From a bacterium (GTDB lineage Bacteria; Acidobacteriota; Blastocatellia; HR10): 28,202 bases of DNA. Below are positions 14,677-26,683 of this stretch, piece after piece. Below the pieces are notes generated by a model, which made no database searches, had not been told where the DNA came from, and saw nothing but the letters and a program-made list of their open reading frames with translations. Location of the stretch: the NCBI GenBank assembly GCA_041640655.1, contig JBEPZV010000032.1, forward strand, positions 1 through 28,202, in the 5' to 3' direction. Within the stretch, counting starts at the first letter, position 1, and the number at the start of each line of letters is the position of its first letter. Position numbers and translations under genes: made by a program.

Positions 14677-15378
14677 ATGACACGGCATGTGCGCGTCTCA
14701 AATGCTCAGGTTCCACACCGAACGGATCAGCGGGCGGGTCTTCGCGTAGCCCTTGTGCTGGGGATCGTGGGTCTTGTCGCCCTCTCGCTCATTGTGGCGA
14801 CGTGGCAGCATGTCGAAGCGTTGCGCTACGGCTATCGGCTGAATCAACTCGTGCGCGAGCGCGAGCGATTGGAGGCGTTGAAGCGGCAGTTGGAATCGGA
14901 GCGCGCGTACTATCGGTCGCCACAAGTGATCGAGCCCTTGGCTCGGCGGCTTGGACTCATTCGTCCCGATCCCTCGCAAGTGATCGTGATCGGGAAGGGG
15001 GGCCCCACGCCACCGTCACGCGAGATCGAGCCGCATGGCGTATCGGCCATGGGCTTCGAGAAGGCGACGGGTGAGCCCGCTCCCTCGCCCATGTTCTCCA
15101 GGCCACGGGGAGAGGCGCGATCGGAAGGCGTGCGCACGGTGCGGCGGCCACATCGCGCGCGATCGGTCGCGCCAAGCGGCGATGGCGCGGGAGCGGAACG
15201 CGCTTCCCCGGCGGAGGGATCTCACACCGGGCACGGCGCGGCAGCGGAGAGCGAAGGGGGATCTGCGGTGAAAGAGCCGGACGCGAGCGGAGGAACGCCC
15301 TCACCGGAGCGATCCCCCGTCTCGTCGGAAGATCCGGCACCGAAGCGGCGAAGACCGTCCAAGCAAGGTGAGCCGTGA
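14677..15378 (+). CDS. ftsL: Cell division protein FtsL with a long low-complexity C-terminal tail
   Basis: Position between rsmH and ftsI; single TM, then coiled coil, then SPQVIEPLARRLGL..P. GGAGG before ATG 14677 (alternative start 14596). Confidence 0.85.
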   Translation: MTRHVRVSNAQVPHRTDQRAGLRVALVLGIVGLVALSLIVATWQHVEALRYGYRLNQLVRERERLEALKRQLESERAYYRSPQVIEPLARRLGLIRPDPSQVIVIGKGGPTPPSREIEPHGVSAMGFEKATGEPAPSPMFSRPRGEARSEGVRTVRRPHRARSVAPSGDGAGAERASPAEGSHTGHGAAAESEGGSAVKEPDASGGTPSPERSPVSSEDPAPKRRRPSKQGEP

Positions 15379-17438
15379 TCAAGCGCGAGCTGTACAAGAA
15401 GACCATTCGGCGTCGTCTCCTCCAGCTGACGGGGCTTCTGTCGCTGTGGATGCTGCTGCTTGGCGGCCGCCTCATCCACGTGCAGATCGCGCAGCGGGAG
15501 CACTGGCGCGCGCAGGCGGATCGCCAACAACGACGGACGATTCGCGTCACGCCGGTGCGAGGGACGATTTACGATCGCGCGGGACGGGAGCTGGCCAAGA
15601 GCGTGGAAGCGCCTTCGATCTTCGCCGTCCCGATAGAGATCGAGGATCCGGATCGCACCGCGCGCGAGCTGGCGCGCATACTGAAGGTGGACCCGGAGGC
15701 GCTGCGCGGGAAGCTCTCCGAGCGCCGCGAGTTCGTCTGGGTGAAGCGCAAGGTCACGCCCGAGGAGGCGACGGCGATTCAGGCCCTCGGCCTTCCGGGC
15801 ATTCACTTCGTCACCGAGAACAAGCGCACGTATCCGAACGGGGAACTGGCGGCCCACGTGCTCGGCTATGCGGGCATAGATGAAGTCGGACTGGATGGCG
15901 TCGAGTTCACCTACGATCGCGAGATTCGTGGGGAGGAGAGCACGGTCTTCGTCTATCGAGACGCGCGCGGGCGGACCTATGAGCGGGCGCAGCGTCCGGT
16001 CGCGCGCGGGCACGACCTCGTCCTGACGCTCGATGCGACGATTCAGTTCCATACGGAACGAGAGCTTCGTGAGGCCGTTCGGCGCACGGGAGCGCGAAGT
16101 GGGATCGCCATCGTGCTCGATCCGAAGACGGGCGAGATCCTCGCGCTCGCGAATATGCCCACCTTTGACCCCAACACCTTCTGGAGAGCGCCGGACGAAG
16201 CGCGGCGCAATCGAGTGGTCCGCGATCTCTATGAGCCGGGGTCGGTCTTCAAGATCGTGACCTTTGCGGCCGCCTTGGAGGAGGGCCTGCTCCGCCCCAA
16301 CGAGGTCATCGAGTGCTTGGGAGGGCGCATCGTCCTGGCCGGGCATGCCATTCGCGACCACCGTCCCTTCTTCCGACTCACCGCGCGAGAGGTGCTCGAA
16401 CAATCGAGCAACGTGGGAACGATTCAGATCGCATTGCGGGTGGGCGCCGAGCGGCTGGCGCAATACATCGAGCGCTTTGGTTTCGGCCGACGCACGGGGA
16501 TCGAACTTCCGGGAGAAGTGCGAGGGCTCATTCGACCCGTGCGGCGGTGGAAGCCGGTCTCGATCGGCGCGATCGCGATCGGTCAGGAGATTGGGGTGAC
16601 GGCGCTGCAGATGGCGGCGGCGATGGCTGTGATCGCCAACGATGGCGTGTGGGTGCAGCCGCATCTGGTGCGAGCGGTTCGCTCGCGCGAGGGCGAAGTG
16701 GTGAGGCGCGCGGATCCCGAGCGGCGCCGCGTCATCAGCGCGCCGACGGCGCGCGCGCTAGCTGACTTGCTTCATGGAGTCGTCGAGCGCGGCACAGGGC
16801 GATTGGCGCAGCTCAGCGGATATTCAGCGGCTGGCAAGACCGGGACAGCGCAACAGTTCGATCCCCGCACGCGCCGATATTCGAAGACGCGTTATGTGGC
16901 GTCGTTCGCGGGATTCGCCCCGGTGGCCGATCCCCGCGTCGTCGTGCTGGTCGCCCTCGATCATCCGCGCACGCGGTATTACGGGGGCGAGGTGGCCGCG
17001 CCCGTCTTCAAGCGGATCGCCGAGGCTGCCCTTCATGCGCTGGCGGTGCCTCCGGATCGGCCAGGGGAACGTCCGCTGCTCGCGTTGCGGGCGAACTTCG
17101 CCTCGGAGGGAACGGGTGGAGAATTGGGCTTCGGCGTCTCGGAGACGGCTGGGGATGGCGAGGTTCAGCTCTCCGCTCTCCCTCCGGCGTCTCTGTTGAA
17201 GAGCGCGCGCGGGCTGATCACCTCAGCGCAGGAGGCATCGCCGAACGAGAAAGGACCTGCTCCCCCCCTTGTCCGCGTCCCGGACTTCCGCGGTCAAGGG
17301 GTGCGCGCGGTGACTGAGCAATGCGCGCGGATCGGGCTGCGGTTGATCGTCTCCGGCTCAGGACGAGCCGTGCGGCAGGAACCGGCGGCGGGAGCGCTCG
17401 TCGTCCGCGGGACGACGTGCCGCGTGGAGTTTCAATGA
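15375..17438 (+). CDS. ftsI: Class B penicillin-binding protein FtsI with a C-terminal PASTA domain
   Basis: RGTIYDR, RTYPNG, EPGSVFK (SxxK), SSN, KTGT; VPDFRG PASTA. Confidence 0.95.
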   Translation: MIKRELYKKTIRRRLLQLTGLLSLWMLLLGGRLIHVQIAQREHWRAQADRQQRRTIRVTPVRGTIYDRAGRELAKSVEAPSIFAVPIEIEDPDRTARELARILKVDPEALRGKLSERREFVWVKRKVTPEEATAIQALGLPGIHFVTENKRTYPNGELAAHVLGYAGIDEVGLDGVEFTYDREIRGEESTVFVYRDARGRTYERAQRPVARGHDLVLTLDATIQFHTERELREAVRRTGARSGIAIVLDPKTGEILALANMPTFDPNTFWRAPDEARRNRVVRDLYEPGSVFKIVTFAAALEEGLLRPNEVIECLGGRIVLAGHAIRDHRPFFRLTAREVLEQSSNVGTIQIALRVGAERLAQYIERFGFGRRTGIELPGEVRGLIRPVRRWKPVSIGAIAIGQEIGVTALQMAAAMAVIANDGVWVQPHLVRAVRSREGEVVRRADPERRRVISAPTARALADLLHGVVERGTGRLAQLSGYSAAGKTGTAQQFDPRTRRYSKTRYVASFAGFAPVADPRVVVLVALDHPRTRYYGGEVAAPVFKRIAEAALHALAVPPDRPGERPLLALRANFASEGTGGELGFGVSETAGDGEVQLSALPPASLLKSARGLITSAQEASPNEKGPAPPLVRVPDFRGQGVRAVTEQCARIGLRLIVSGSGRAVRQEPAAGALVVRGTTCRVEFQ

Positions 17439-18937
17439 GGATGGGCATGACGCTCAAGCAGGCTGCCGAGGTGACGCGCGCCCGAGTTTTCGGGCGGCTC
17501 CTCGAGGAACGCGTGACGGCCATCGCGTATGACTCGCGACGGGCTGTGCCGGGCAGCCTTTTTGTCGCCATCCGGGGGTTTCAGCGGGATGGGCACGCTT
17601 TCATCCCCGAAGCGCTCGCGCGCGGTGCGGTGGCCATCGTCTCCGAGCAACCGCCGCCGCCGGACTTCCCACGCGTGTGGTTGCAGGTCGAAGACGCGCG
17701 GCGAGCGTTGGCCGAACTGGCGCTCGCCTTTTACGACCACCCGTCGCGCGCGCTCACGCTCATCGGTGTGACGGGAACCAACGGCAAGACGACGACGACC
17801 TATCTGATTGACGCCGTGATCCGCGCGGCGGGGGAGCGATCGGCGCGCTGGGGGACGACCACGTATACGATCGGCGAGGAAGAAGTCCCGGCCGAGCGCA
17901 CGACGCCGGAGGCGCCGGAGGTCCAAGGCTTCCTCCGGCGCGCGGTCGAGGCCGGATGCCGATACGCCGTGCTGGAGGTCTCCTCGCACGCGCTCGAACT
18001 TCGGCGCGTGCACGGCTGTGAGTTCACGGCCGCCGTCTTCACGAATCTCACGCCCGAGCACTTGGACTTTCACGGGACGCTGGAGGCGTATTTCGCGGCC
18101 AAGCGCAAGCTCTTCGATGGCACGCTCGGAAAGGCGCCCGAGATCGCCATCATCAACGGAGACGATGCGCGCGCGGCGGAGCTGATCGCCATCTCGCGCG
18201 GACGCGTGCTCACCTATGGCGAGACCTCAGGCGATGTCTTCGTCACAGACGTCGCCTTCTCCCTGGACGGGCTGCGGCTCACGGCGCGAACGCCGCGGGG
18301 GGAGATCGCCGTGCGCTCCCGGCTCATCGGGCGTCCGAATGTCAAGAACATCCTGGCGGCGATCGCCGCCGGGCTCGCGCTCGGATTCTCGCCGGAGATC
18401 ATCGCCAGGGGCATTGCGGCGTGCCCTCCGGTGCCGGGACGACTGGAGGTCGTCTCCGGACCCGAGCACCCGTTCCTGGTCGTGGTGGACTACGCGCACA
18501 CGGAGGATGCGTTGCGCAATCTCCTCGACACGGCGCGAGACCTCATGCGTGCGCTCTCCACTGGGGGGCGCATCCTCACCGTCTTCGGATGCGGCGGCGA
18601 TCGCGATCGGCGCAAGCGTGCGCCGATGGGGGAGACGGCGGGCGCGCTCTCGCACCTGGTGATCGTGACCTCGGATAATCCGCGTTCGGAGGACCCGGAA
18701 GCCATCATCGCGGAGATTGAGGAGGGGTTGCGGCGCACGAGCACGCCATATGTGAAGATCGTGGATCGCGGCGAGGCCATCCGGATGGCGATCGCCTTGG
18801 CCGAGCCCGGGGACATCGTCCTGATCGCGGGCAAGGGGCACGAGACGTATCAGATTCTCAAAGACCGCGTGATCCCCTTCGACGACCGCGAGGTCGCGCG
18901 CGCGGCTCTGCGAGAGCGATTCGGAGGAGGAGGATGA
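17435..18937 (+). CDS. murE: UDP-MurNAc-L-Ala-D-Glu--meso-DAP ligase
   Basis: GTNGKTT, EVSSH, DYAHT, DNPR (DAP-type), AGKGHETYQ. Start 17435 (ATGA overlap). Confidence 0.97.
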   Translation: MRMGMTLKQAAEVTRARVFGRLLEERVTAIAYDSRRAVPGSLFVAIRGFQRDGHAFIPEALARGAVAIVSEQPPPPDFPRVWLQVEDARRALAELALAFYDHPSRALTLIGVTGTNGKTTTTYLIDAVIRAAGERSARWGTTTYTIGEEEVPAERTTPEAPEVQGFLRRAVEAGCRYAVLEVSSHALELRRVHGCEFTAAVFTNLTPEHLDFHGTLEAYFAAKRKLFDGTLGKAPEIAIINGDDARAAELIAISRGRVLTYGETSGDVFVTDVAFSLDGLRLTARTPRGEIAVRSRLIGRPNVKNILAAIAAGLALGFSPEIIARGIAACPPVPGRLEVVSGPEHPFLVVVDYAHTEDALRNLLDTARDLMRALSTGGRILTVFGCGGDRDRRKRAPMGETAGALSHLVIVTSDNPRSEDPEAIIAEIEEGLRRTSTPYVKIVDRGEAIRMAIALAEPGDIVLIAGKGHETYQILKDRVIPFDDREVARAALRERFGGGG

Positions 18938-20346
18938 GACTGCGCGAGATTGCCGAGATCTGGGGGGCGTTGCCGCCGGCGCCGGAGATCGCCGAGCAGG
19001 AGCCGCGCGGCTTCTCCATTGATTCGCGCACGATCCGGCCTGGAGAGCTGTTTTTCGCCCTCAAAGGGCGCGCGCGCGATGGCCACGCCTTCGTGCCGGA
19101 GGCGCTTCAGAAGGGAGCCTGCGCGGCTGTCGTCTCGGAAGTCCCCGGCGATGTGCCGATCGAGCGCACGATTCGCGTTCGGGATACGCTCTGGGCGCTC
19201 GGCGAGCTGGCGCGCGTGGTGCGCGCGCGCTGGGGGCGCACGGTCATCGGCATCACGGGCAGCTCGGGGAAGACGATGACCAAGGAGCTGGTGGCGCGTT
19301 TATTGGAAGCCGGGGGGTATCGGGTGATCAAGACCATCGGCAACTACAACAACATCTACGGCCTGCCCCTCTCGCTGCTCGGCTTGATCTCCGGAGGGAG
19401 GTCGCCCGAGGACGTTCACTACGCCGTCCTGGAGATGGGCATGAGCGGCCCCGGCGAGATCACGCACCTGAGCACGATCGCTCGACCGAATATCGGCGTG
19501 GTGACGACCGTGAGCGCCGTGCATCTGGAATTCTTCCCCTCGGTGGAAGCCATCGCGGAGGCGAAGGCGGAATTGGTGGATGCCCTTCCCGAGGATGGGC
19601 TCGCCGTGCTGAATGCGGATAATCCGCTCGTCGCTCGGATGCGATGGCGGCGGCCGATCGCCGTGCGCACGTTCGGGATCGAGAGCGAGGCGGACGTGCG
19701 CGCCCGCGACATCCGCGCGCTCGAACTGGAAGGGATGGCGTTCACGCTGATCACCCCCTCGGGAGAAGCGCGGGTGCGGACGCCGCTCCTTGGGCGGCAT
19801 CAGGTGATGAACATTCTAGCTGCGGCGGCTGTGGCCGATGTCTGCGGCGTGCCGCTTGCGATCATCGCCGATGCCTTGGCGACGGTCACCCCGTATGCGC
19901 GGCGCGGGGAGATCGTGCGCCTCCCGCATGGGATCGTCGTGATAGACGATTCGTACAACTCTAATCCGCGCTCGCTGCTGGAGATGGCGCGGACGCTGCG
20001 TGAGATCGAGAGCGCGCGACGGCGCGTGATCGCCGCCGGGGAGATGCTGGAATTGGGCGAGCGCGCGGCCGCGATGCATCGAGAGTGCGGGCAGGAGATC
20101 GCTCGCCTCGGGATAGACCTGCTGATCGGCGTGCGCGGCCTGGCGCGCGAGCTGGTCGAAGGCGCGCGCGAGGCCGGACTGGAAGCAGTCCTCTTCCTGG
20201 AGACGCCGGAGGAGGCGGGGCGATGGTTAGCCGAGCATGTGCAGCCGGGCGATGTGATCCTCATCAAAGGCTCACGCGCCGTGGGCATGGAGCGCGCCCT
20301 GGAGACGCTTCGGCGAACCCTCGCTCATGGAGAGGAGGCGCGGTGA
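18934..20346 (+). CDS. murF: UDP-MurNAc-tripeptide--D-Ala-D-Ala ligase
   Basis: GSSGKT, NYNN..GLP, LEMGM, DDSYNSNP, MLELG, KGSR. Confidence 0.97.
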   Translation: MRLREIAEIWGALPPAPEIAEQEPRGFSIDSRTIRPGELFFALKGRARDGHAFVPEALQKGACAAVVSEVPGDVPIERTIRVRDTLWALGELARVVRARWGRTVIGITGSSGKTMTKELVARLLEAGGYRVIKTIGNYNNIYGLPLSLLGLISGGRSPEDVHYAVLEMGMSGPGEITHLSTIARPNIGVVTTVSAVHLEFFPSVEAIAEAKAELVDALPEDGLAVLNADNPLVARMRWRRPIAVRTFGIESEADVRARDIRALELEGMAFTLITPSGEARVRTPLLGRHQVMNILAAAAVADVCGVPLAIIADALATVTPYARRGEIVRLPHGIVVIDDSYNSNPRSLLEMARTLREIESARRRVIAAGEMLELGERAAAMHRECGQEIARLGIDLLIGVRGLARELVEGAREAGLEAVLFLETPEEAGRWLAEHVQPGDVILIKGSRAVGMERALETLRRTLAHGEEAR

Positions 20347-20352
20347 CGCGAC

Positions 20353-21477
20353 ATGTTGCGCTATCTGCTCTACGAGGTCTTATACGTGCACTATCACGAT
20401 CGGTTCCATCCGTGGCTCGATCCGCTGAACGTCTTCCGCTACATCACGTTTCGCACGGCCTATGCGGCCATCACGGCGCTCCTCATCAGTCTCGTGCTCG
20501 GTGGATGGTTCATTCGCAAGCTCGGCGAGCGTCAGATCGGGCAACCGATCCGCGAGGAGGGACCGGCGCTGCATCAGGCCAAGCGCGGGACGCCGACCAT
20601 GGGTGGGGGGCTCATCATCGTGTCGGTCCTGCTCGGGACATTCCTCTGGGGGAACTTGCGCAATGGCTATGTGTGGTTGGCGCTGGCGGCGCTGGTGCTC
20701 TTCGGGCTGATCGGCTTCCTCGACGATTACCTGAAGATCGTGCGGCGGCGTTCGCTCGGACTGACGGGTCGGCAGAAGCTGCTGGCGCAAAGCGCCATCA
20801 GCGTGATGATCGGCCTGACCCTCGTCTACGGCCTCGATTACTCGCTGGTCCTCAGCGTCCCCTTCTTCAAACGATTCCGGCCCGAGCTGCCCGTGGCGCT
20901 CTATCTGCTCTTCATGTCGCTGGTGATCGTCGGGTCCTCCAATGCAGTGAATCTAACCGATGGCTTGGATGGCTTGGCCATCAGCATCGCCTTCATCACG
21001 ATGGCGGCGCTGACGGGATTCACGTACGTGACTGGGCATGCCGAATTCGCGCGATATTTGAACATCGAGTACATGCCGCAGGTGGGCGAACTGACGGTCT
21101 TCTGCGGAGCGCTCTCGGGGGCCTGTTTGGGCTTCCTCTGGTTCAACGCGCCGCCGGCCGAGGTCTTCATGGGAGATGTGGGGAGCCTCTCGCTCGGCGG
21201 CTCGATCGGGACGGTGGCCGTGATGGTGAAGCAGGAGCTGCTGCTGGTGCTCATCGGGGGCATCTTCGTGCTGGAAGCGCTCTCGGTGATGGCGCAGGTC
21301 GCCTACTTCAAGCTCACGCGGCGGATGACCGGACGCGGACGTCGGCTCTTGAAAATGGCGCCGCTGCATCATCACTTCGAGCTGATCGGATGGAAGGAGC
21401 CGAAGATCGTCTTCCGGTTCCTGATCATCGCGATTCTGTTCGCGCTTCTCAGCCTCTCGACGTTGAAATTGCGATGA
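20353..21477 (+). CDS. mraY: Phospho-MurNAc-pentapeptide transferase
   Basis: [43 protein letters not shown]. Confidence 0.98.
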   Translation: MLRYLLYEVLYVHYHDRFHPWLDPLNVFRYITFRTAYAAITALLISLVLGGWFIRKLGERQIGQPIREEGPALHQAKRGTPTMGGGLIIVSVLLGTFLWGNLRNGYVWLALAALVLFGLIGFLDDYLKIVRRRSLGLTGRQKLLAQSAISVMIGLTLVYGLDYSLVLSVPFFKRFRPELPVALYLLFMSLVIVGSSNAVNLTDGLDGLAISIAFITMAALTGFTYVTGHAEFARYLNIEYMPQVGELTVFCGALSGACLGFLWFNAPPAEVFMGDVGSLSLGGSIGTVAVMVKQELLLVLIGGIFVLEALSVMAQVAYFKLTRRMTGRGRRLLKMAPLHHHFELIGWKEPKIVFRFLIIAILFALLSLSTLKLR

Positions 21478-22925
21478 GCGTGGACGTTCGAGGGAAGATC
21501 ATCGTGGTCATGGGACTGGGCGAGAGCGGCGCGGCCGCCAGCGCGTTCCTCGCGCGTCGCGGCGCGCGCGTCATCGCGACCGATGCGAAGACGGAGGCCG
21601 AGCTCGGACGCGCGCGCGAACATCTGGCGACCTTGCGCGCGCTGGGCGTCGAGATCGTCTTGGGAGGACATCCGCCGGAGCTGCTGCGCGCGGCCGATAT
21701 GATCGTCTTGAGTCCGGGCGTGCCCCCGACGCTCGACGCGCTCGTTGAAGCCCACCGGGCGGGTGTCCCCATTCTCGGCGAGGTGGAATTGGCCGCCCGC
21801 TTCCTGAAGGGGCTGCTCATCGGTGTCACCGGGACCAATGGGAAGACGACGGTGACGGCGTGGATCGGGGATCTGCTCGCGCGTTGTGGCTACTGCGCGC
21901 ATGTCGGCGGCAATATCGGGCGCGCGCTCGTGCGCGTCATCGAGGAGGTGCATGACGCGCGGTGTGTGGTCGTCGCTGAGCTGAGCAGTTTTCAACTGGA
22001 GACGATTCAAACGCTGCGCCCGCGCGTCGCCGTGGTGACGAACATCGCCCCGGATCACCTGGACCGCCACGGGAGTCTGGAGGCGTACGTTGCGGCCAAG
22101 CGTCGCATCTTCCGGAACCAGACCGAGGAGGATTGGGCCGTGCTGAACGCCGACGATCCCACCGTGCGCGCCATGGCGGAAGCGACGCGCGCCCGCGTGC
22201 TCTTCTTCAGCCGCCAGGCAGAGGCGCGGGTCGAACGCGGCGTCTTCCTCCGGGGAGAGGAGATCGTCCTTCGATGGGGAGAGCACGAGCACGTCCTCGC
22301 GCATCGGTCGGACATTCCGCTGCGGGGTCTGCACAACGTGGAGAACGCTCTGGCGGCGATCGGGGGGACGCTCGCGGGAGCGAGCCTCATGGATCCGCGC
22401 GGCGAACCGGAGGCGCGACCCGTCGCGCTCCCTGTGCGCGAGGCCTTGCGCGCGTTCCCCGGCGTCGAGCATCGGCTGGAGTGGGTCGCGCGGATCGAGG
22501 GCGTGGACTACTACAACGATTCAAAAGCAACGAACGTCGCCTCGACGCTCGTGGCGCTTGAGGCTCTCGATGGACCTCTGGTCCTCATCCTGGGCGGGCG
22601 CGACAAGGGCGATGACTTCACGCGGTTGCGCCCTGTGGTGGCCGAGCGCGTCGCGCACGTCTTGGTACTCGGTGAAGCGGCGGAGAAGATTCGCGCGGCG
22701 CTTGAGGATGTGGTTCCGATGACGCGCTGCGCGACGCTGGAGGAGGCGGTGCGCGTGGCTCGACGGCTGGCGCGGCCGGGAATGGCGGTGGTGCTCTCTC
22801 CCGCGTGCGCGAGCTTCGACATGTTCGAGAACTTCGAGCACCGAGGACGTGTCTTCAAGGACGCCGTGCGGCGGCTCGCCGAGGAATCGTCAGAGGCTTC
22901 GCGCGAAGGAGGAGACCGATGGTGA
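21474..22925 (+). CDS. murD: UDP-MurNAc-L-Ala--D-Glu ligase
   Basis: [52 protein letters not shown]. True start 21474. Confidence 0.97.
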   Translation: MSVDVRGKIIVVMGLGESGAAASAFLARRGARVIATDAKTEAELGRAREHLATLRALGVEIVLGGHPPELLRAADMIVLSPGVPPTLDALVEAHRAGVPILGEVELAARFLKGLLIGVTGTNGKTTVTAWIGDLLARCGYCAHVGGNIGRALVRVIEEVHDARCVVVAELSSFQLETIQTLRPRVAVVTNIAPDHLDRHGSLEAYVAAKRRIFRNQTEEDWAVLNADDPTVRAMAEATRARVLFFSRQAEARVERGVFLRGEEIVLRWGEHEHVLAHRSDIPLRGLHNVENALAAIGGTLAGASLMDPRGEPEARPVALPVREALRAFPGVEHRLEWVARIEGVDYYNDSKATNVASTLVALEALDGPLVLILGGRDKGDDFTRLRPVVAERVAHVLVLGEAAEKIRAALEDVVPMTRCATLEEAVRVARRLARPGMAVVLSPACASFDMFENFEHRGRVFKDAVRRLAEESSEASREGGDRW

Positions 22926-24115
22926 AGGCGCGGCGAAACCGCCCAGCGATGCGGTTGGCCATCCGCGATCTCCCGATCGCGTGGGGGGATGCCGAACGCG
23001 CGGGTGATCGCGAGCGCACGGGGATTGGGGACAGAACGCTCTTCACCTTGGCCGTCGTGCTCACCCTCTTCGGCATCGTGATGGTCTACAGCGCATCGGC
23101 GGTGCTGGCGGCCGAACGCTATGGGACGCAGTATTACTTCCTCGCGCGGCAGGCGGCGTGGGCGATGATCGCCTTCCTGGCGCTACTTGTCGCCATGCGT
23201 GTGGATTATCACCTCTACCAACACCCGCGACTGCTGGCGCTGCTGGTGATCGGGACGCTGCTGCTGCTTGTGGCCGTTTTCTTCTTCCCCGCCGTCAACG
23301 GCGCGCACCGGTGGATTCGGTGGGGATCGCTCTCGTTTCAGCCATCGGAGCTGGCGCGCTTTGTGCTGATCGTCTTCCTCGCGGCGCATCTGGATCGGCG
23401 GATTCCGGCGGGCATCAAGCGCGCCGAGCTGACGTTCCTGCCGTGCGCGCTGGTGGCGGGCGCGATGATGGGGCTGGTGGCGCTGGAGCCGGATTTGGGC
23501 ATGGCCCTCTTGCTCGGGCTCATCCTGCTGGTGATGTTCTTCATCGTGAGGGTGCCCCTCCGACATCAAGCGATGCTCGGCGTGGGGGCGCTCCCCCTGC
23601 TCGCGTGGCTCATCGTTCATGTGGATTGGCGATGGGAGCGTATCCTCACCTACCTCGACCCGTGGCAAGACCCGAGAGGGAGCGGCTTTCAGGCCATTCA
23701 ATCGCTCATCGCGCTCGGCAGCGGGGGGATCACCGGGGTCGGCTTCGCGCAAGGGAAACAGAAGCTCTTCTTCCTGCCGGAGCTGCACACGGATTTCATC
23801 TTCGCGCATATCGGCGAGGAGCTGGGATGGATCGGCACGAGCGCGGTGCTGTTGGCTTTCGGCTTTCTCCTCTGGCGCGGGATGCGCATCGCCGGGCGAG
23901 CGCCCGATACGTTCGGGATGTTGCTCGGCAGCGGGATCGCGGCGGCGATCATCATCCAAGCCTTGGTGCACATGAGCGTCGCCGTGGGCCTCTTCCCCGT
24001 GAAGGGGACGCCGCTGCCGCTGATCAGCTACGGCGGATCATCGCTCCTGATCACGATGGTGGAGATCGGCGTGCTGCTCAACATCGCGCAACAGGCGAGG
24101 TCGGACGATGTGTAG
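22919..24115 (+). CDS. ftsW: SEDS peptidoglycan glycosyltransferase FtsW
   Basis: MVYSAS, NGAHRWI, FQPSE, LPELHTDFIF, LPLISYGGSS. Start 22919 (GGAGGAG). Confidence 0.96.
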   Translation: MVKARRNRPAMRLAIRDLPIAWGDAERAGDRERTGIGDRTLFTLAVVLTLFGIVMVYSASAVLAAERYGTQYYFLARQAAWAMIAFLALLVAMRVDYHLYQHPRLLALLVIGTLLLLVAVFFFPAVNGAHRWIRWGSLSFQPSELARFVLIVFLAAHLDRRIPAGIKRAELTFLPCALVAGAMMGLVALEPDLGMALLLGLILLVMFFIVRVPLRHQAMLGVGALPLLAWLIVHVDWRWERILTYLDPWQDPRGSGFQAIQSLIALGSGGITGVGFAQGKQKLFFLPELHTDFIFAHIGEELGWIGTSAVLLAFGFLLWRGMRIAGRAPDTFGMLLGSGIAAAIIIQALVHMSVAVGLFPVKGTPLPLISYGGSSLLITMVEIGVLLNIAQQARSDDV

Positions 24116-25280
24116 GGTGCTCATCGCCGCGAGCGGGACGGGCGGGCATCTCTTCCCCGGACTCGCCCTCGCCGAGGCCTTTCGGCGACGCGATCCGGCG
24201 ACGGAGGTGACGTTTGTGGGGACGGCTCGCGGCGTGGAGGTGACGGTGGTGCCGCGCGCGGGATTCGCGCTGGAGCAGATCGAGATCGCGGGCTTGAAGC
24301 GCGTGGGGTGGCGACAAGCGCTCCTGACCCTGCTCTGGCTCGTCCCGAAGAGTCTGTGGCAGTCCTGGCGCATCCTGCGCCGGCGTCGTCCTGATGTGGT
24401 CATCGGCGTCGGGGGATACACCTCCGGCCCCGTTGTGCTCATGGCAGCGCTCATGGGCATCCCGACGCTCATCCTCGAACCGAACGCCGCTCCAGGGTTC
24501 ACCAACCGCGTGCTCGCGCCGTGGGTGCGCGCCGTGGCCGTGGCCTTCCCCGAAGCCGCGAGCGTCTTCGGGGCGAAGGCGCGCGTGACGGGGAATCCGG
24601 TTCGGCCGGAGTTCTTCACCACGCCTGATCTGGCGCGCGAGCGTCGCCGACAGCGCCCGGCGCGCCATCTGCTCATCTTCGGCGGCAGCCAGGGATCGCG
24701 CGCGCTCAACGAGCGGCTGGTGGATGCGCTGCCGCGACTCCTGGCGATCATGCGGGAGCGCGGATCGCCGCTCCAGATCACGGCGACGCATCAGACGGGG
24801 GAGCGCGACTTCGCGTGGGTGCGCGCGGCGTACGAGCGGGCGGGCCTTCAGGAGCGCGTCACGGTGCTGCCCTTCATCGAGCGCATGGCCGAGGAGATGG
24901 CGCGCGCCGATCTGGTCATCTGCCGCGCCGGGGCGACGACGCTGGCCGAGTTGGCGGCGGCCGGAAAACCGGCGATCTTGATCCCGCTGCCGACGGCGGC
25001 CGATGACCATCAGCGCAAGAACGCGGAGGCCGTGGCGCGCGCCGGCGCGGCGCGCTGTGTGCTGCAGGCCGAGGCGACGCCCGAGCGCTTGGCCGAGATG
25101 ATGCGCGAGCTCCTGGAAGACACGGCGCAGTTGGAGGCGATGGCCGATCGCATGCGCCAGCGCGCGCGGCCGGAAGCGGCGGAGGCCCTCGTGGCGCTCG
25201 CCCTTGAAGTGGCGTCTCGCGAGACGATGATCCGAGGCGAACGCCGGCCGATGCGCTGCGCAAAGGAGCAGCGATGCTGA
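24108..25280 (+). CDS. murG: Lipid II GlcNAc transferase
   Basis: [44 protein letters not shown]. Confidence 0.97.
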   Translation: MCRVLIAASGTGGHLFPGLALAEAFRRRDPATEVTFVGTARGVEVTVVPRAGFALEQIEIAGLKRVGWRQALLTLLWLVPKSLWQSWRILRRRRPDVVIGVGGYTSGPVVLMAALMGIPTLILEPNAAPGFTNRVLAPWVRAVAVAFPEAASVFGAKARVTGNPVRPEFFTTPDLARERRRQRPARHLLIFGGSQGSRALNERLVDALPRLLAIMRERGSPLQITATHQTGERDFAWVRAAYERAGLQERVTVLPFIERMAEEMARADLVICRAGATTLAELAAAGKPAILIPLPTAADDHQRKNAEAVARAGAARCVLQAEATPERLAEMMRELLEDTAQLEAMADRMRQRARPEAAEALVALALEVASRETMIRGERRPMRCAKEQRC

Positions 25281-26683
25281 GACGCATTCGCACGATCCAT
25301 CTGGTGGGCATCGGAGGCGCGGGCATGAGCGGCATCGCCGAGCTGCTGCTCAATCTCGGCTATCGCGTCTCGGGATCGGACCTGCGTATGTCGCCCATTG
25401 TGGAACGTTTGCAACGACTCGGGGCGCGCATCGCCATCGGCCATCGCGCGGAGAACATCGGCGAGGCGGATGTGGTCGTCTATTCGACAGCCGTTCGCCC
25501 GGAGAATCCCGAACTGGTGGCGGCGCGCGCGCGGCAGATCCCCGTCATCCCTCGCGCGGAGATGCTCGCCGAACTGATGCGCTTGAAGTACAGCATCGCC
25601 GTGGCCGGATCGCACGGGAAGACGACGACGACCTCGATGATCGCCACTGTGCTCGCGCACGCCGGTTTAGACCCGACGATCGTCGTCGGCGGACGGCTGC
25701 GCGCCATTGACAGCCACGCCAAGCTCGGCCGCGGCGACTTCATGGTCGTCGAGGCGGATGAGAGCGATCGCTCGTTCCTGAAGCTCTCGCCCACGTTCGC
25801 CGTCATCACGAATATTGATCGCGAGCATCTGGATCACTACGCCGATCTCGCGGAGTTGTGCGACGCCTTCGTCGAATTCGCGAACCGCGTGCCCTTCTAC
25901 GGTTCGGTCATCGTCTGCCTGGACGATGCGAACGTGCAGGCGATTTTGCCGCGCATCACGAGGAAGGTGATCACCTACGGCCTCTCCTCGCAATCCGAGG
26001 TCTCGGCCACGGAGATCGAGATGCCTGATTGCTTCCACACGGCGTTCACGGTGCGATGGCGCGGCGAGGTGCTGGGGCGCGCGCGCATGAACCTCTCCGG
26101 GATGCACAACGTGGAGAACGCGCTGGCCGCCTGCGCCGTGGGGCTCGATCTGGAGATCCCTTTTGAGACGATCGCGGCCGCGCTCGCCGATTTCCGGGGC
26201 GTGGATCGCCGCTTCCAGGTGAAGGGGGAGGTGGGCGGAGTGCTCCTGGTGGACGATTACGGCCATCATCCGACGGAGATCAAAGCGACGCTCGCGACGG
26301 CGCGGCTCTCGGGGCGGCGCGTGGTCGTCCTCTTCCAACCGCACCGATACACGCGGACGCAGCGGCTGCTGGATGACTTCGCGCGCGCATTCTATGACGC
26401 CGACGTCGTGCTCGTCACCGACATTTACGCGGCGGGAGAGGATCCGATCGAGGGGGTCACGGCCGAACGGCTCGTCGAGCGGCTTCGGGAGTTCGGGCAT
26501 CGGCAGGCGCAGTACGTGGGCGATCTGGAGGCGGCTATCGCCGCCACGCGCGCCGTCCTCCGCCCGGGGGACTTGCTGTTGACGCTCGGTGCGGGCAGCG
26601 TCACGCAGGCGGCCGATCGGTTGGGGATCGCCCTTCAGGAGTCCCCCCCGCGATTGTCAGAGACCACGGCTCAGGAGAGATGA
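25274..26683 (+). CDS. murC: UDP-MurNAc--L-alanine ligase
   Basis: [41 protein letters not shown]. Confidence 0.98.
   Translation: MLRRIRTIHLVGIGGAGMSGIAELLLNLGYRVSGSDLRMSPIVERLQRLGARIAIGHRAENIGEADVVVYSTAVRPENPELVAARARQIPVIPRAEMLAELMRLKYSIAVAGSHGKTTTTSMIATVLAHAGLDPTIVVGGRLRAIDSHAKLGRGDFMVVEADESDRSFLKLSPTFAVITNIDREHLDHYADLAELCDAFVEFANRVPFYGSVIVCLDDANVQAILPRITRKVITYGLSSQSEVSATEIEMPDCFHTAFTVRWRGEVLGRARMNLSGMHNVENALAACAVGLDLEIPFETIAAALADFRGVDRRFQVKGEVGGVLLVDDYGHHPTEIKATLATARLSGRRVVVLFQPHRYTRTQRLLDDFARAFYDADVVLVTDIYAAGEDPIEGVTAERLVERLREFGHRQAQYVGDLEAAIAATRAVLRPGDLLLTLGAGSVTQAADRLGIALQESPPRLSETTAQER

Noticed and set aside
20085..21473. 946-aa ORF suggesting an N-terminally extended MurD
   Set aside because: The extension is an off-frame overlap of murF/mraY with non-protein-like composition; MurD starts at 21474.
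24126..24149. MurG G-loop reads ASGTGGH rather than GGGTGGH
   Set aside because: Core GTGGH is intact; treated as ordinary variation.
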